Below are positions 50,768 to 62,200 of a stretch of DNA of 64,000 nucleotides, in pieces. The first letter of the stretch is position 1. Each line of letters opens with the position of its first letter. The stretch covers positions 113,708,001 through 113,772,000 of the forward strand of contig NC_042997.1 of NCBI RefSeq assembly GCF_006345805.1, in the 5' to 3' direction. Below the pieces are notes generated by a model that made no database searches, was not told the origin of the DNA, and saw only the letters and a list, made by a program, of their open reading frames with translations. This DNA is from Octopus sinensis (taxonomy: Eukaryota). The position numbers were made by a program, and so were the translations under genes.

Positions 50768-51785
50768 ATCTCATCATCCTGTTTTCCATGCTGGCATGGG
50801 TTGGACTGTTCAACTGAGGTCTGGAGAGCCAGCAGCTGCACCAGGCTCCAATCTGATCTGGCAGTGTTTCTACAGTTGGATGCCCTTCCTAACGCCAACC
50901 ACTCCAAGAGTGTAGTGGGTGCTTTTTATGTACCACCGTCATGGGAGCCAGTCAGGGGATACTGGCATCGGTCACATTCAGATAGTGCTTTTTACAAGCC
51001 ACCAGCACAGGAGCCAGTCAGGCAGACCTGGCATCGTCCACATTCGGATGGTGCTTTTTACATTCCACCGGCACAGGGAGCCAGCCAGAGGACACTGGTA
51101 TTGACCATGTTTGGATGATGCCTTTTACATGCTACTGGAATGGGGGCCAGTCAAGAGGCACTGGCAACAACTTCGATTTTGGTTTTACTTGACTCAACAG
51201 GTCTTCTCAAACATATCTTATTGCCTGACGCATCAAGGGTACTCTTAAATGGGCCAGACATACAACACTGGCATCGGCCATGGCTGTGATCTCACTTTAG
51301 TTGCCAGGTCTTCTCAATCACAGCATATCTCCAAAGGTCTGTCTACTGTCATTGTCTCTGAGGACCAGTGTTCGAAAGTCATGCTTCTCTATCTCATCCC
51401 ATGTCTTCCTGGGTCTACCTCTTCCACTGGTTCCTTCTACAGTTAGGGAGTGGCATTTCCTCACACAGCTGTCCTCATCCATACGTAACACATGACTATG
51501 CCAGCACAGTCGTCTCTCTCGCACACCATAGTTGATACTTCTTGTGTCCAACATTTTTCTCAGGGTGCTTACACTGTCATGCATACACACTGACATTACA
51601 CATCCAGCAGATCATACTAGCTTCATTTCTTTTAAGCCTACCCATGTCCTCAGCAGTCAAGGCCCATGTTTCACTGCCGTGTAGCATGGCAGTTTGCACA
51701 CCTGCTTCATACAGTCTACCTTTCATCCTGAGCAAGTGGCCCTTAGTTGCCAGCTCCTTGAACTTTGCCCAGGCTATTCTTATTT
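50768..51785 (-). mobile_element. 5'-truncated RTE-clade LINE (ORF2 C-terminus, 3' UTR and short GAT tail)
   Basis: Hand translation IRIAWAKFKEL...LYEAGVQTAMLHGSETWALT...; after a frameshift, RRLCWHSHVLRM...GRGRPRKTWDE, typical of the RTE post-RT region. The 3' UTR has four 66-67 bp tandem units (starts 50919, 50985, 51051, 51118). Confidence 0.88.
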
Positions 51786-52189
51786 AATTAAATTAACATG
51801 TAATACCCATTGTATAATAATAATAATAATTCTTTCAAATTTTGGCACAAGGCCAGCAATGAGGAGGGGGGTTACATCAACCCCAGTACTTGAAGAGTAC
51901 TTTATTCTATCAATCCCAAAAAGATCAAAGACAAAGTTGGGATTTGAACTCCTAATAATAATAATGTTGATGATTTAGGCACAAAGCCAGCAATTCTGAG
52001 GGGAGTGGGTAAGTCATTATCATTGTCTTCAGTATTTGACTGATGCTTTATCTTATCAATCCAGGAGGTAAAGTTGACGTCATCAGAATTTGAAATCAGA
52101 ATGTAAAGCACCAGAAGAAACACCACAGAGCATTTTATCCAATATGTTTATAATTTTGCCCACTCACTGCCTTCTTGATTTATAATAAA

Positions 52190-52245
52190 CTAGCTGGCCC
52201 TGTGCCATCAAAACTGATGGCTAATTGTAGTATTTTATATATAGA
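52190..52245 (-). mobile_element. 56-bp mini-Helitron
   Basis: A|TC start (52246|52245), TATATATAAAA, perfect 7-bp hairpin GCCATCA-aaac-TGATGGC (52204-52221) 10 nt before CTAG|T (52193-52190|52189). Confidence 0.65.
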
Positions 52246-53946
52246 TAAGGACAAAAGATAGAATATGGATGGTAAATCGAATTCATGCACTTGTCAATGT
52301 TTTCTAGAGGTTGTCTTTTGAGATGTGACATCAATCATCGTTTGTTACTGAAAGAACGCTGGTTCACATCCAAACACTTCCCTTGTACATGCATACATAT
52401 ACTCACACAGAGTTGAAACACTGATTTTTCTTTTCAGCATTGAATGTTCACCATCTCACTTCCATTGCACACACACACACCTCCCTTTTACATATACGCA
52501 CACAGAGTTGAAACACTCACTACCAGTTTGTCATCACCCCTTCCTTCCTTTCATTCATATGTTGTGACAGAAAAAAAACACAAGAGTATTGTTATAGTAG
52601 GCCTAAAATTTGGTGGGATGAGGATAGTTGATGAAATTGACCCCAGTGCTCAACTGGTACATATCAACCCTGAAAGGATAAAAGGCAAAATTGACCTCAG
52701 CAGAATTTGAACTCGGTATATTAAGACAGATAAAATGCCACTAAGCATTTTGCTTGGTATGCTAATCATTCTGCCAGCTCACTGCCTTAATTCTTTCTAC
52801 TATAAGCACAAGGCCTGAAATTTTAGAGGGATGGAGCTAACCAATTATATCAACCCCATTGCTCAAAGGATGAAAAGTAAAGTTGACCTCAGCAGAATTT
52901 GAACTTGGAACACATGGCTGGAAGAAATACTGCTAAGCTTTTTGTTTGGTGAGCTAACAATTCTAACAGCTCAACACTTAATAATAATAGTTTTTAGCTT
53001 GGGTATGATACCAACAATTTTGAAGGGAGTGAGGTTAGTTGATACCATTAATCTTGGTACTTGACCGATACTTTGTTTTTCATCCCTCTAGGGAAGAAAG
53101 GTAAAGTTGACCTTGATGGAATTTGAACTCAGAACAGAGTCACAAGTTGTATTAATAATAATTTTTGTGAGTTATGTAATTTTTTTAAATTGGCAAACAG
53201 CCTAACAGTCTTATAAGGCAGCTTAAGTAGACTCTATTGAATACATGGTTGTGATCTATTTTAAGAAAAACAAACCTAGAGGTACAAAGCTAAATATAGT
53301 AAGACATTTAGTATGAGATCTACCATTTCTGCCACCCCTCCATCCTAATTATTGCTATTAATAATTACAACAACCATCATTGATAATTACAGTAACATCC
53401 TATAAACAACACACTACCTTTGGTTAAATGTTAAGGCATCTTTCATGATATCCTATCAGACTATACTTCATGTTGAATACCTATACTCTGTTCCATTCTA
53501 TATTTTCTTTATGAAACTGTATCCATGACAGAAAATACTTCAACTCTAAACTATTTACAATGAACATTTAGAGACATTCAATAGGTAGGGAAAGACAGAC
53601 TCACTTTTGATTACATCCAAAAAGTCATTCAGCTGAAAGGCATAAAAATAATTTTCTTATATAGACACAAGGCCTGAATTTTGGAGAAGGTGGCTACTTG
53701 ATTATATTGACCATAACCCCCAACCAGTGTGTGACTGATACTTTATTGACTCCGAAAGGATGAAAAGCAAAGTCGACCTAGGTGGGATTTGAACTCAGAA
53801 TGTAATTCTACTGCATTTATTGATTTACCAGCAACTCCTTTCCTAAGCAATGAACAGTCATCATCATCATTATTATTATTATTATTATTATGCTGTGTTA
53901 GATATTCTTTGTCAAACTAAATTTTTTTTCCTTTTTTTCTCCTCAG

Positions 53947-54224
53947 ATGTAAAGGGTTTGAAACATCCAGAAACAATCAGAGAACATCAAGAAAAGCTAT
54001 GTGAAGCATTGGATATGTACACGGGTAGCCATTACCCTCAACATCCAAACAAATTTGGAGAAATGATCCTTACTTTGCCCATCTTGTCTCGTATCAGCAT
54101 TAAAGGAAAAGAACTCATAACAGACACTCAGCTTAATGACATTTCATCATACGGGCTTCTCTACGAACTGCTGAAGGGGGAGAATGCTACTAAAGAATCT
54201 CATAGCACTCCAGAAAATACTTGA
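53947..54224 (+). CDS. Hr39: HR39/NR5B-like nuclear receptor, coding exon 5 (end of LBD, AF-2 LLYELL, stop)
   Basis: Acceptor tttctcctcag|AT completes Asp. Encodes HYPQHPNKFGEMILTLP and the AF-2-like LLYELLKGE; TGA at 54222-54224. The five exons sum to 2049 nt (682 aa plus stop) with no frame break. Confidence 0.95.
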
Positions 54225-57200
54225 AACATTGCAGATTGAAATTCAATTTGTTTTTATTCCTGTTACAGTTTGGTTCTCTAATGGGTTTTTTTTTTTTTTT
54301 ACTATCTCTCTCTTCAAACTGTCGCTGTCGATAATTATATCATGTCACTTCAAAATATTCCTATGGGCAAAAATCTCACCACCTCATTTTTGTAATATTT
54401 TTTGAGTGTAAAATGTGTGTTTAAGTGTGTCTGTTGCAAATTTGTTTATCACTGCTTAATTATTTTACAAATTTCTCTACTGAAAATTATTTATGTTCAT
54501 AATTTCCATAATGTAATGAATTATGTTTATTTTTTCCGTCATTACTATTATTATTTAATGAAGATTATTTTCCAAATGTAGCAGTGTTGTGATTCACCAA
54601 ACATTCGTAACGAGTAAATTTCTTATTTAGAGGGCTAGTCTAAATACTTTAAAGAAAACAAAAAAATTAGATGCTTTTTTTTTTTCCACCACCAAATTGA
54701 GTTTTTAATAGACAAATTTTAGTGGATTTCTATTTTTTTGTTTAGAGGAATTATTGATTAGTATTTTGTTTGTTTTTATAAAATGAATTCTGTATTTGTT
54801 TTAGTCTAGTATTGTAATCATTAAAAAACAAAAAAAAAGACTTTCATTTCTCTGCCACCACATTTCATTTATGTCTGAGAGGCTTCTTTCTCTAATGTCA
54901 AATTAAACTGTGGTTTAAAATCAGTTTCTTTTAAATAAATCAGGTAATTAATATTCAGAAATAACTATTGAATTTTAAATGATATGACATTAGTACACAA
55001 GTGTCTTGAAGGTTAAGTTTCCAGGCAAGAGAAATTATTGTAAAATATATCATGTAAATACATTTGAGAAGCTTATGGTAATGTTCTTGTGATAAATTTG
55101 TTTAAATGGAAATTTATAATTTCATATGCGCATACATGAGGGGGTTTTTGTTTCGTTTTTTTTTTTTTTCTCTCGACTAAAATATCTTCCCAATTTGGTT
55201 GAAGGTCAGAGCTGGAATCTGTACAGTTTTATCAAAATTTTAAGCTTGATTGGTGCAAAAGAGTGAAAAAGTGAATTAAAATGTCAACATTTGTCATTGG
55301 CAATCATTCAGATACAAAAATATATCATCAGTTTTCATTTTAAACTATATTTTTATGATTCAGACATTTTTTTAAAAGTCAGTGTTTAGAATTTTGGGAA
55401 TCCAAATGGGAAAAATGGTCAAACTCGCTCACAAATTAAGAAAGTAAAAATGTGTTTCTGCAAAAAACCAAAAATATAAAAAAATTAAAAAGATGGCAGT
55501 GATCAGTTTCATTTTCTGTTGCCATGGTTGCATGTATTTTTATGAAACTCACCTGCATTTTTAATTATCTATACACACAAACATGCTTGTATGTGTAAGA
55601 GAGAGAGAGTGTATGTGTGTGAGTGACAGAATGAGAGGAAATTTGTACAGTGTCCCTAACATACACATTTTTTTATTATTTCAACTTATAAATGATCTAA
55701 AACCCTAATCTTTCCACAGTAAATAACAGAATGTTACTTGAAACAATTTATGAAATCTCAGTCGGGATTTTTTTTCTCATTTTTTTTTTTTACATTGTCA
55801 AACTCAGCTCTAACTTTGTAAAAGTTCTGAGGCTTTATAAAAAGTAAAAATACAAAAAAAATCAAATGAAAAAAATTTGATTATATTTTTATGGTTAGAA
55901 AATAAATTCAATATTGTTTCTACACATGTCCTTGGTTCCCCCATATAATTACTGAACATCACAGTACTGTTTGTAAATCTTACAGCATTATACTGGTTAT
56001 TTTATATGGTCAATTGTAAATTAACAGTTGTGTTAGACAAAACCCAGGCAGTTTTCCTTCAACAGATTTATGGCACAAATATATCTGATCAAGAAAAAAC
56101 ATTTAATTGGTGTATCTAGCTTTGGCTGTTCCATTTCTATCATGGCTATTCTGATTTAAGACTTTAAAACATTTTGAAGAATGTGTGGAGTTTGTTGGTT
56201 GCTACATCAAGCAGCTGAAATAAGTGTAAAAGCCATCTTGCTAGTTTAACTATCTATTCAATTAGCTGGCTAATAGGCTTCAGAAACTAAACACAAATAG
56301 TTTCAATCATATTTGATGACAGCTAAAATGTTATTTACTCATCCTACTAATGTCAGGATGGAAGGTGGATGTTAAATAATGATAATGATGATCTATTGGC
56401 CATAGAAAACTCTAAAACACTTTCTCCTCCAAGTCAGTGAAGTTCAGTTCATAGTATACAAATTAACATTCACTGTGAGGCCTTGCAGCAGTTGTAGGTT
56501 AGGAGTTACATTACTATTGCATTGCTTTGAACTATTGTTCAAGGTCATTAACAGTAACTGCAAATATTATTATAGCAGCAAGCTGGCAGAATCATTAGCA
56601 CACCAGGCAAAATGCTCAGCAGCATTTCGTCTATTCTTATGTTCTGAGTTCAAATTCCACCAAGCTCATCTTTGCCTTTCATCCTTTCAGGGTCAATAAA
56701 TTAAGTACCAATGTAACACTGGGGGAGGTTGATGTAATCAGCTAGTCCCCTCCCCCACAAAATTTCAGGCCTTGTGCCTTTAGTAGAAAGGATTATTATT
56801 TATTATTATACAAACTTGTCCTGTTAACATCATTATATTTTATTGAAATCAAATTGAATATTTGATGACCATTTGAATTTGGAATGATTTGATTAAACAG
56901 CCATAAAATTATATTAAGTTCCCAGAAAACTGTATTTACAACACAGATTCACTATATTAAAATGGTTTTCTTTTAACTTCTTTGTCCCTATAATTTCCAG
57001 CCACAGTCAGTAGCATGATGGCTATGCTGGGCTGACTGGTCCATGGCACATTTACATGAAGATAAAGACTATGGTTGTGATCCAACAACACACTGATGGT
57101 TATAAGACATTTTAGTTTAATTTTTGGATAATGAACAGCTGTTAGAGCTAATAGTTAACTAGAATTGCTGAGTGGAAACTATAGCCTATAAAATTACTTT

Positions 57201-58905
57201 TTTTTTATGTAAAAGAAATATGGGTATATTATTAATAATTTCCTTAAATATTAGAATTATTGTTCAGCTAGAGCAGGAGTTGGCAAACCAGGGTAAATTA
57301 CACCAAGTAGAGTAAAAATGAAATTCTTGTGGGTAATGAGGACTCATTAGACATAAGTAAAATTATATCAAAAATGTGTTCCTTGTTATGATAGAAATTT
57401 TTCTTCTGGCAACACTGCATCTGTCCAATGTAATGGGCATGTAAATAGATTCAATAAACCTTTTGAATTCAAAGAATCTATGACCTTCTATCATTCAAAT
57501 CAAAGGGGTAACATCGGCATAAATATATTTTGGGTTAATTGGTTAAAAAATGTTCCCCGACCCCTGAGCTAGAGAATGAAATAAGGAAATATGACAGATA
57601 AATCAAATATGATGTTTAATAGAGAATGTTGAGAGAACACACAATAAAAATGGTAACTAAGAAACTGTTTCATAGGGAAATGTATTTCAACACACCTAAA
57701 GTTTTAGGTATCGGACTATTGAAAATTCTGGTAAAGCAGTGGACACAAGGATGGAGTTACAAATATCAAAATGTGTGTCAAATAAGAAATACCGCCAATA
57801 ACCAGTCAAGAGAGCCTCTCTAGGGTTACCCAACTTGCAAGAAATAAAAGTGAAATCTCACATTGTGCTTGAAAAAAATGATGGGATGGTCATGTTTGGA
57901 GCAACTTGATCATAAACCTGAATCTTTTCTTGTCCAACCATGACTGGGAATAAACAACTTTCATATAAACCACACTTTGCTTAGTGTTTAGAATGCCATC
58001 CTTAATTTGCCACTCAACTATTTCTCTTTTGTTTTATAAAATAAAAACGTGGCTGTCCATACCGAAGTGAAGATTTCTATGTTCAAATAACCAATTTTAT
58101 GACATTTTGTAATAAAGTTTAAATAACTAGATATTGCCTTAAATGGCTTTGATCAATGGAAACAAATTATAGAAGCAATTTTTAACTGTGGCCATAAACA
58201 CATCATTTTTGTATTTCATTTTGGTTCTTTTTTTTTTTTAATTAACAATATCATTCCTATTTAAAGATTTTCTGAAATACTTTCTAATCTTATAAAACAA
58301 GTTAAGTAGAGTTATAAATATTTCACTATGTTTGTATAGTGTTCTGTATTTACTAATACATATAATAGTGGTTCGTTGTGACTAAGTACAAAACAATGAT
58401 GTTAATAAACAAAATTAAAGGTGACTGACCTAAGATAATCAATTGTAATCAAATTTTACAATTGATTAAATAGTTGGAAATTCTTAACTTGATTAAGGTT
58501 TAAATATAGTTCAGTATACTATACAAGATAAATGGAGCTTAGTGTGTTGTCAGAAGAAAGAAGTGACCTAGAGTTGAACTTCCTAAACCAAATCAGTCAT
58601 TACAAATTCTATATTTTTTCTAACCACATTTTGTGTGTGCATGTATTGTGTCAAGAGGAAGTAAATGGTGTTTGTAATTTTATCTGTCAGAAAATAATCA
58701 AGAATTCCTTTTATAAATCATTTGTATTTCTGTACGTATGGTTGAGTTATGTAAACCGCTGTCTACTCTATGGAATTAAAGATTTGTTTGTTTTTTTTAC
58801 GACCTTTCTTTTATGATTTTTTAAAAAAAACTTAATGTTTCATATTAAAATTTTTAGTAAAAACTGTAATAGCAAATTAAAACAAGTTATATATGTTGAC
58901 AGTCC

Positions 58906-58964
58906 TTTACCCTTAGCTGGGCTACTCATAACGCTCAGTCATAAGTAGCCCAGCTAAGGTTGAA
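58906..58964. ncRNA. Pre-miRNA-shaped hairpin (candidate only)
   Basis: Perfect 16-bp stem CCTTAGCTGGGCTACT / AGTAGCCCAGCTAAGG, extendable to ~24 positions with two mismatches, 11-nt loop, in unique sequence. No expression evidence. Confidence 0.3.
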
Positions 58965-60977
58965 ACGCAGAGCAGACTTAACTCTGATATAATAAATATA
59001 TATCCACCCTACCTAACATATTGAGTTCTATACCAAATAATGTTTGCACTATGTAAAATATATTATTGATATATTCTACTATTGTTACATTATTACAACA
59101 TTTAATGAAGATGGTTTGAATCTGTGTAATTTTTCTAGTTGTTAAAACCTAAATTAACTTCTATATCACTAGATTTATAATCCACCAACAGGTTCTTTTG
59201 TGCCTGTAATTTTGGTATTTTCATATCTCAAATGAAAAATACGAATACATTAAAACACTTACTCAGTAGTTTTAGTGTAGACTGTCAAAATCTACTTATT
59301 TTTCCTTTTTTTTTTAATTACTTTCCTGATCTTTTAATGAGTTGATTGTATTGCAAAAGACAGCTGCCAAAGCTAAACAGAATAGTCTTGGGTTGTGTGG
59401 AAATCTCCTGATATCTGGGCTACTGCTGTTTTTCTAACAGAATTAAGTTGATTCTGTTGTGTTTGGTCTTCCTCAAATCAAGCTGTCTTGATGTTAGTGC
59501 CTCCAAACTCTACAATTGGTCATCAACTGTGCCAAGTTAAAAAAGTTAAAGATAAAAAAAAGCTGACCATCGAATCTTCACTGACTTCTTTATTTTTATG
59601 TACCTGAGAGTGTCTAAACACATTTTTTATGATTATGTTATATTTAACTACAGCTTTGTATGGTGTCATTGTGTAGAATGGTAGTTCTAGAGACATTCAT
59701 TTCATTGTCTGCAATCATTATTGTAATTGGCTTAGTTGACAAAATCATAATAAAACCATGATGACCCAAGTGTCATTGCATTCCTACAACTGAGACTGAG
59801 CAATAGCTTGTAACAAACAATGACTACCTTAGTAAGCACAGTGCTGTAATCCTTGTATCTTTTGAATTCAGATAAACAAGATTCTGCTGCTAACAGCAGG
59901 CAGGAAAAAACCTAAAACCCAGTTCTCTCACACATGCGTTATTTTCTACACTGACATCAAAAAACATATAGCCATGAAGTATAACAGCAATTAGCCACAC
60001 TACATCTATAAAACTGCTCCAGTATGACACTCAAACAATATGTATCCCTAATATAAATACACTAACTTTATAAACACTCTTGACTCTTTTCTTACATCCA
60101 AATACAGCCTTTATGGCCTCTGTCCTATTGGTTACTCAAATGACCATTATTTAATCAAGACAACACACATTTGCATTGTACAATATACCTTGTCTCTTCG
60201 AACCCTCTGATACTTCATGTCTGCTAGCTGTTGAAATTTCTCCAGTCTTGAACCAGTAACTCTTAGCCAAAACTATACTTCACTTCTGGCCCTAAGTGGG
60301 AGACTAGATAAAGAGGGTTTCTACTAAATATGCAGCCACACCCTATTCATTAACACTTTAACCATATAACTCAGTCTGTAGCATTTGTTGCTGATAAAGC
60401 TACCTTATTTTTTACTCTCTGATTTTTAGTTCCAACATCCCACTGCAAACACACACTCACCCCCCCCCCCCAAAAAAAAACTCTTCCCGATTACTACATT
60501 TTTCTCATGTTTCAACATACAACGTCCACACACACAGAACATGGAAATGTCAACAAGAGCCCTTTATGAGATCATTTGACCTGGATATAAATGGCAGCCT
60601 ACTGTCCCTCAAATCACACCCTATCATCTCAAAATAGGACACATTGGATAATGTAGTCCAAAGTACACTATGCCTGAAAAAAAAAAAGGCTGAGATGGTC
60701 TTAACTAAGTACTGATATACCCTTGATCATAGGTCTTCTCAATCAGGGACAACTTAGTGCTAAACCACATCTCTGATTATTCTAACCCAATAAGTTGACT
60801 AGTCATGGTGGTGTTTCTTTAATTTCTCACAGTCAGTGACTTTCACTGTTAACTTTTCTATTCCCCAAACTCTTCAATATCTCTCTCTATACGTTATTTA
60901 CATTTGACAGATATTTGTCCTCATCTTGTTGGTTATTAACACAGTGTTTTGGCTTATATACTCTCCAGCCTTCATCA

Positions 60978-61230
60978 TAGGCATAGTGGCTAAGAGCACG
61001 GGCTACTAATCCCAAGATTCCAAGTTCGATTCTAGGCAGTGACCTGAATAATAATAACATCAAAAAATACCTTAGGAATGAGAACCCAGGTTCAAAATTT
61101 CCCCAAGACACCTGATGAAGGCTGGAGGGTATATCAGCCAAAACATTGTGTTAACAGCAAACAAGATGAGGACAAATATCTGTCAAATGTAAATAATGTA
61201 CATAAATCCTCATCTCTTAAATATAGAACT
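60978..61230 (+). mobile_element. tRNA-headed SINE family H with hammerhead-like tail; an older copy lies at ~34035-34320
   Basis: Head GCATAGTGGCTAAGAGCAC...AGTTCGATTC, AT-rich middle, tail ACACCTGATGAAGGCTGGAGGGTATATCAGCCAAAACATTGTGT...AACAAGATGAGGAC. The 34 kb copy shares the head and the AACAAACAAGATGAGGAC tail. Confidence 0.75.
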
Positions 61231-61399
61231 GTATCTCTTTCTATTTCTCTCTCCAGGGTCTACTCCCAAACATGATGTATGTCCCATTCCTAAGAAAAAC
61301 AACCTCTGGTTACTGTACTATCCTGTCACATTAAATTCCAATATCACAAAGATGGAGATAGTTGCCTTCAACGCCTTAAGTCTTTCTACCTTCTCATTT

Positions 61400-62200
61400 C
61401 CTACCACTGTGATTTCTGCAGAGCCAGATCTATAAGGGATTTGCTCAGTGAAACTAATAACATTTGCAAAATTATATGGTGTTCCACATAGTAATCTCTT
61501 AGCTAAGTTCCCCATCTCTCTTGTCAGACCAATTCTTTGCAATACTTGCTCATTGTATCAATCTGGTTACCACATTCTGTCACAATTCAGTTATGTCTTC
61601 CACATTTTTGTACATTTCTGACCCACATGCTGTTACTTCTAACTATAGAACTATTGATGTTATTTCTAATTTCACATAGGCTTCATTCAAATGCCACACT
61701 AGATACACTGCCTCCATGAACAGAGACCTTAAAACCAACTTACTATCCTTCAATGTCATAAAACCACAATGACTATTCGCAGTCTTAGACTAAACCTTTC
61801 CGACACATGAACAACAACTAATAAAGCCTTCAAAGTTACTACAAAGTACAAGGCCACACAACCTCCGATCATTTCTCAGATCAACTTCCTATAGTTAAAA
61901 CTGCATCCCAAACATTAGGACAATTCTTCCTTCTCATGGTAAAAAAAAAATATTCAGTTCTGACCAGTTGGTCATCTTCTACAAAGTTAAAATAAGACTC
62001 ACATTGCGAAACTGCTCAGATATGTGACATGATGCTACTACTACATGCACAAATGTACGAGCCTGCACCCCCAAAGCAGGGAAATACTTGCTGAATAACT
62101 AGCATAACAGATGTGATGTTATTACTATGACCTGACTGTCTGAACTAACAAACTGCATACCCTTTCCACTTAACCTACCAGGCTGGTTTTATCTCTCTTC
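61400..62200 (+). mobile_element. Possible highly decayed CR1/Jockey-group LINE remnant
   Basis: SLVRPIL motif near 61515-61535 and a weak RLNL...AFK motif near 61780-61835; many stops. Confidence 0.3.

Noticed and set aside
50919-51180. Regularly spaced 66-67 bp units resembling a CRISPR array
   Set aside because: Whole units are homologous, with no unique spacers; eukaryotic context, no cas genes, and they lie inside a LINE 3' UTR.
60978-61045. tRNA-like sequences here and at 258, 14460, 27168 and 34040 as tRNA genes
   Set aside because: No complete cloverleaf or acceptor stem, and each continues into a SINE body.
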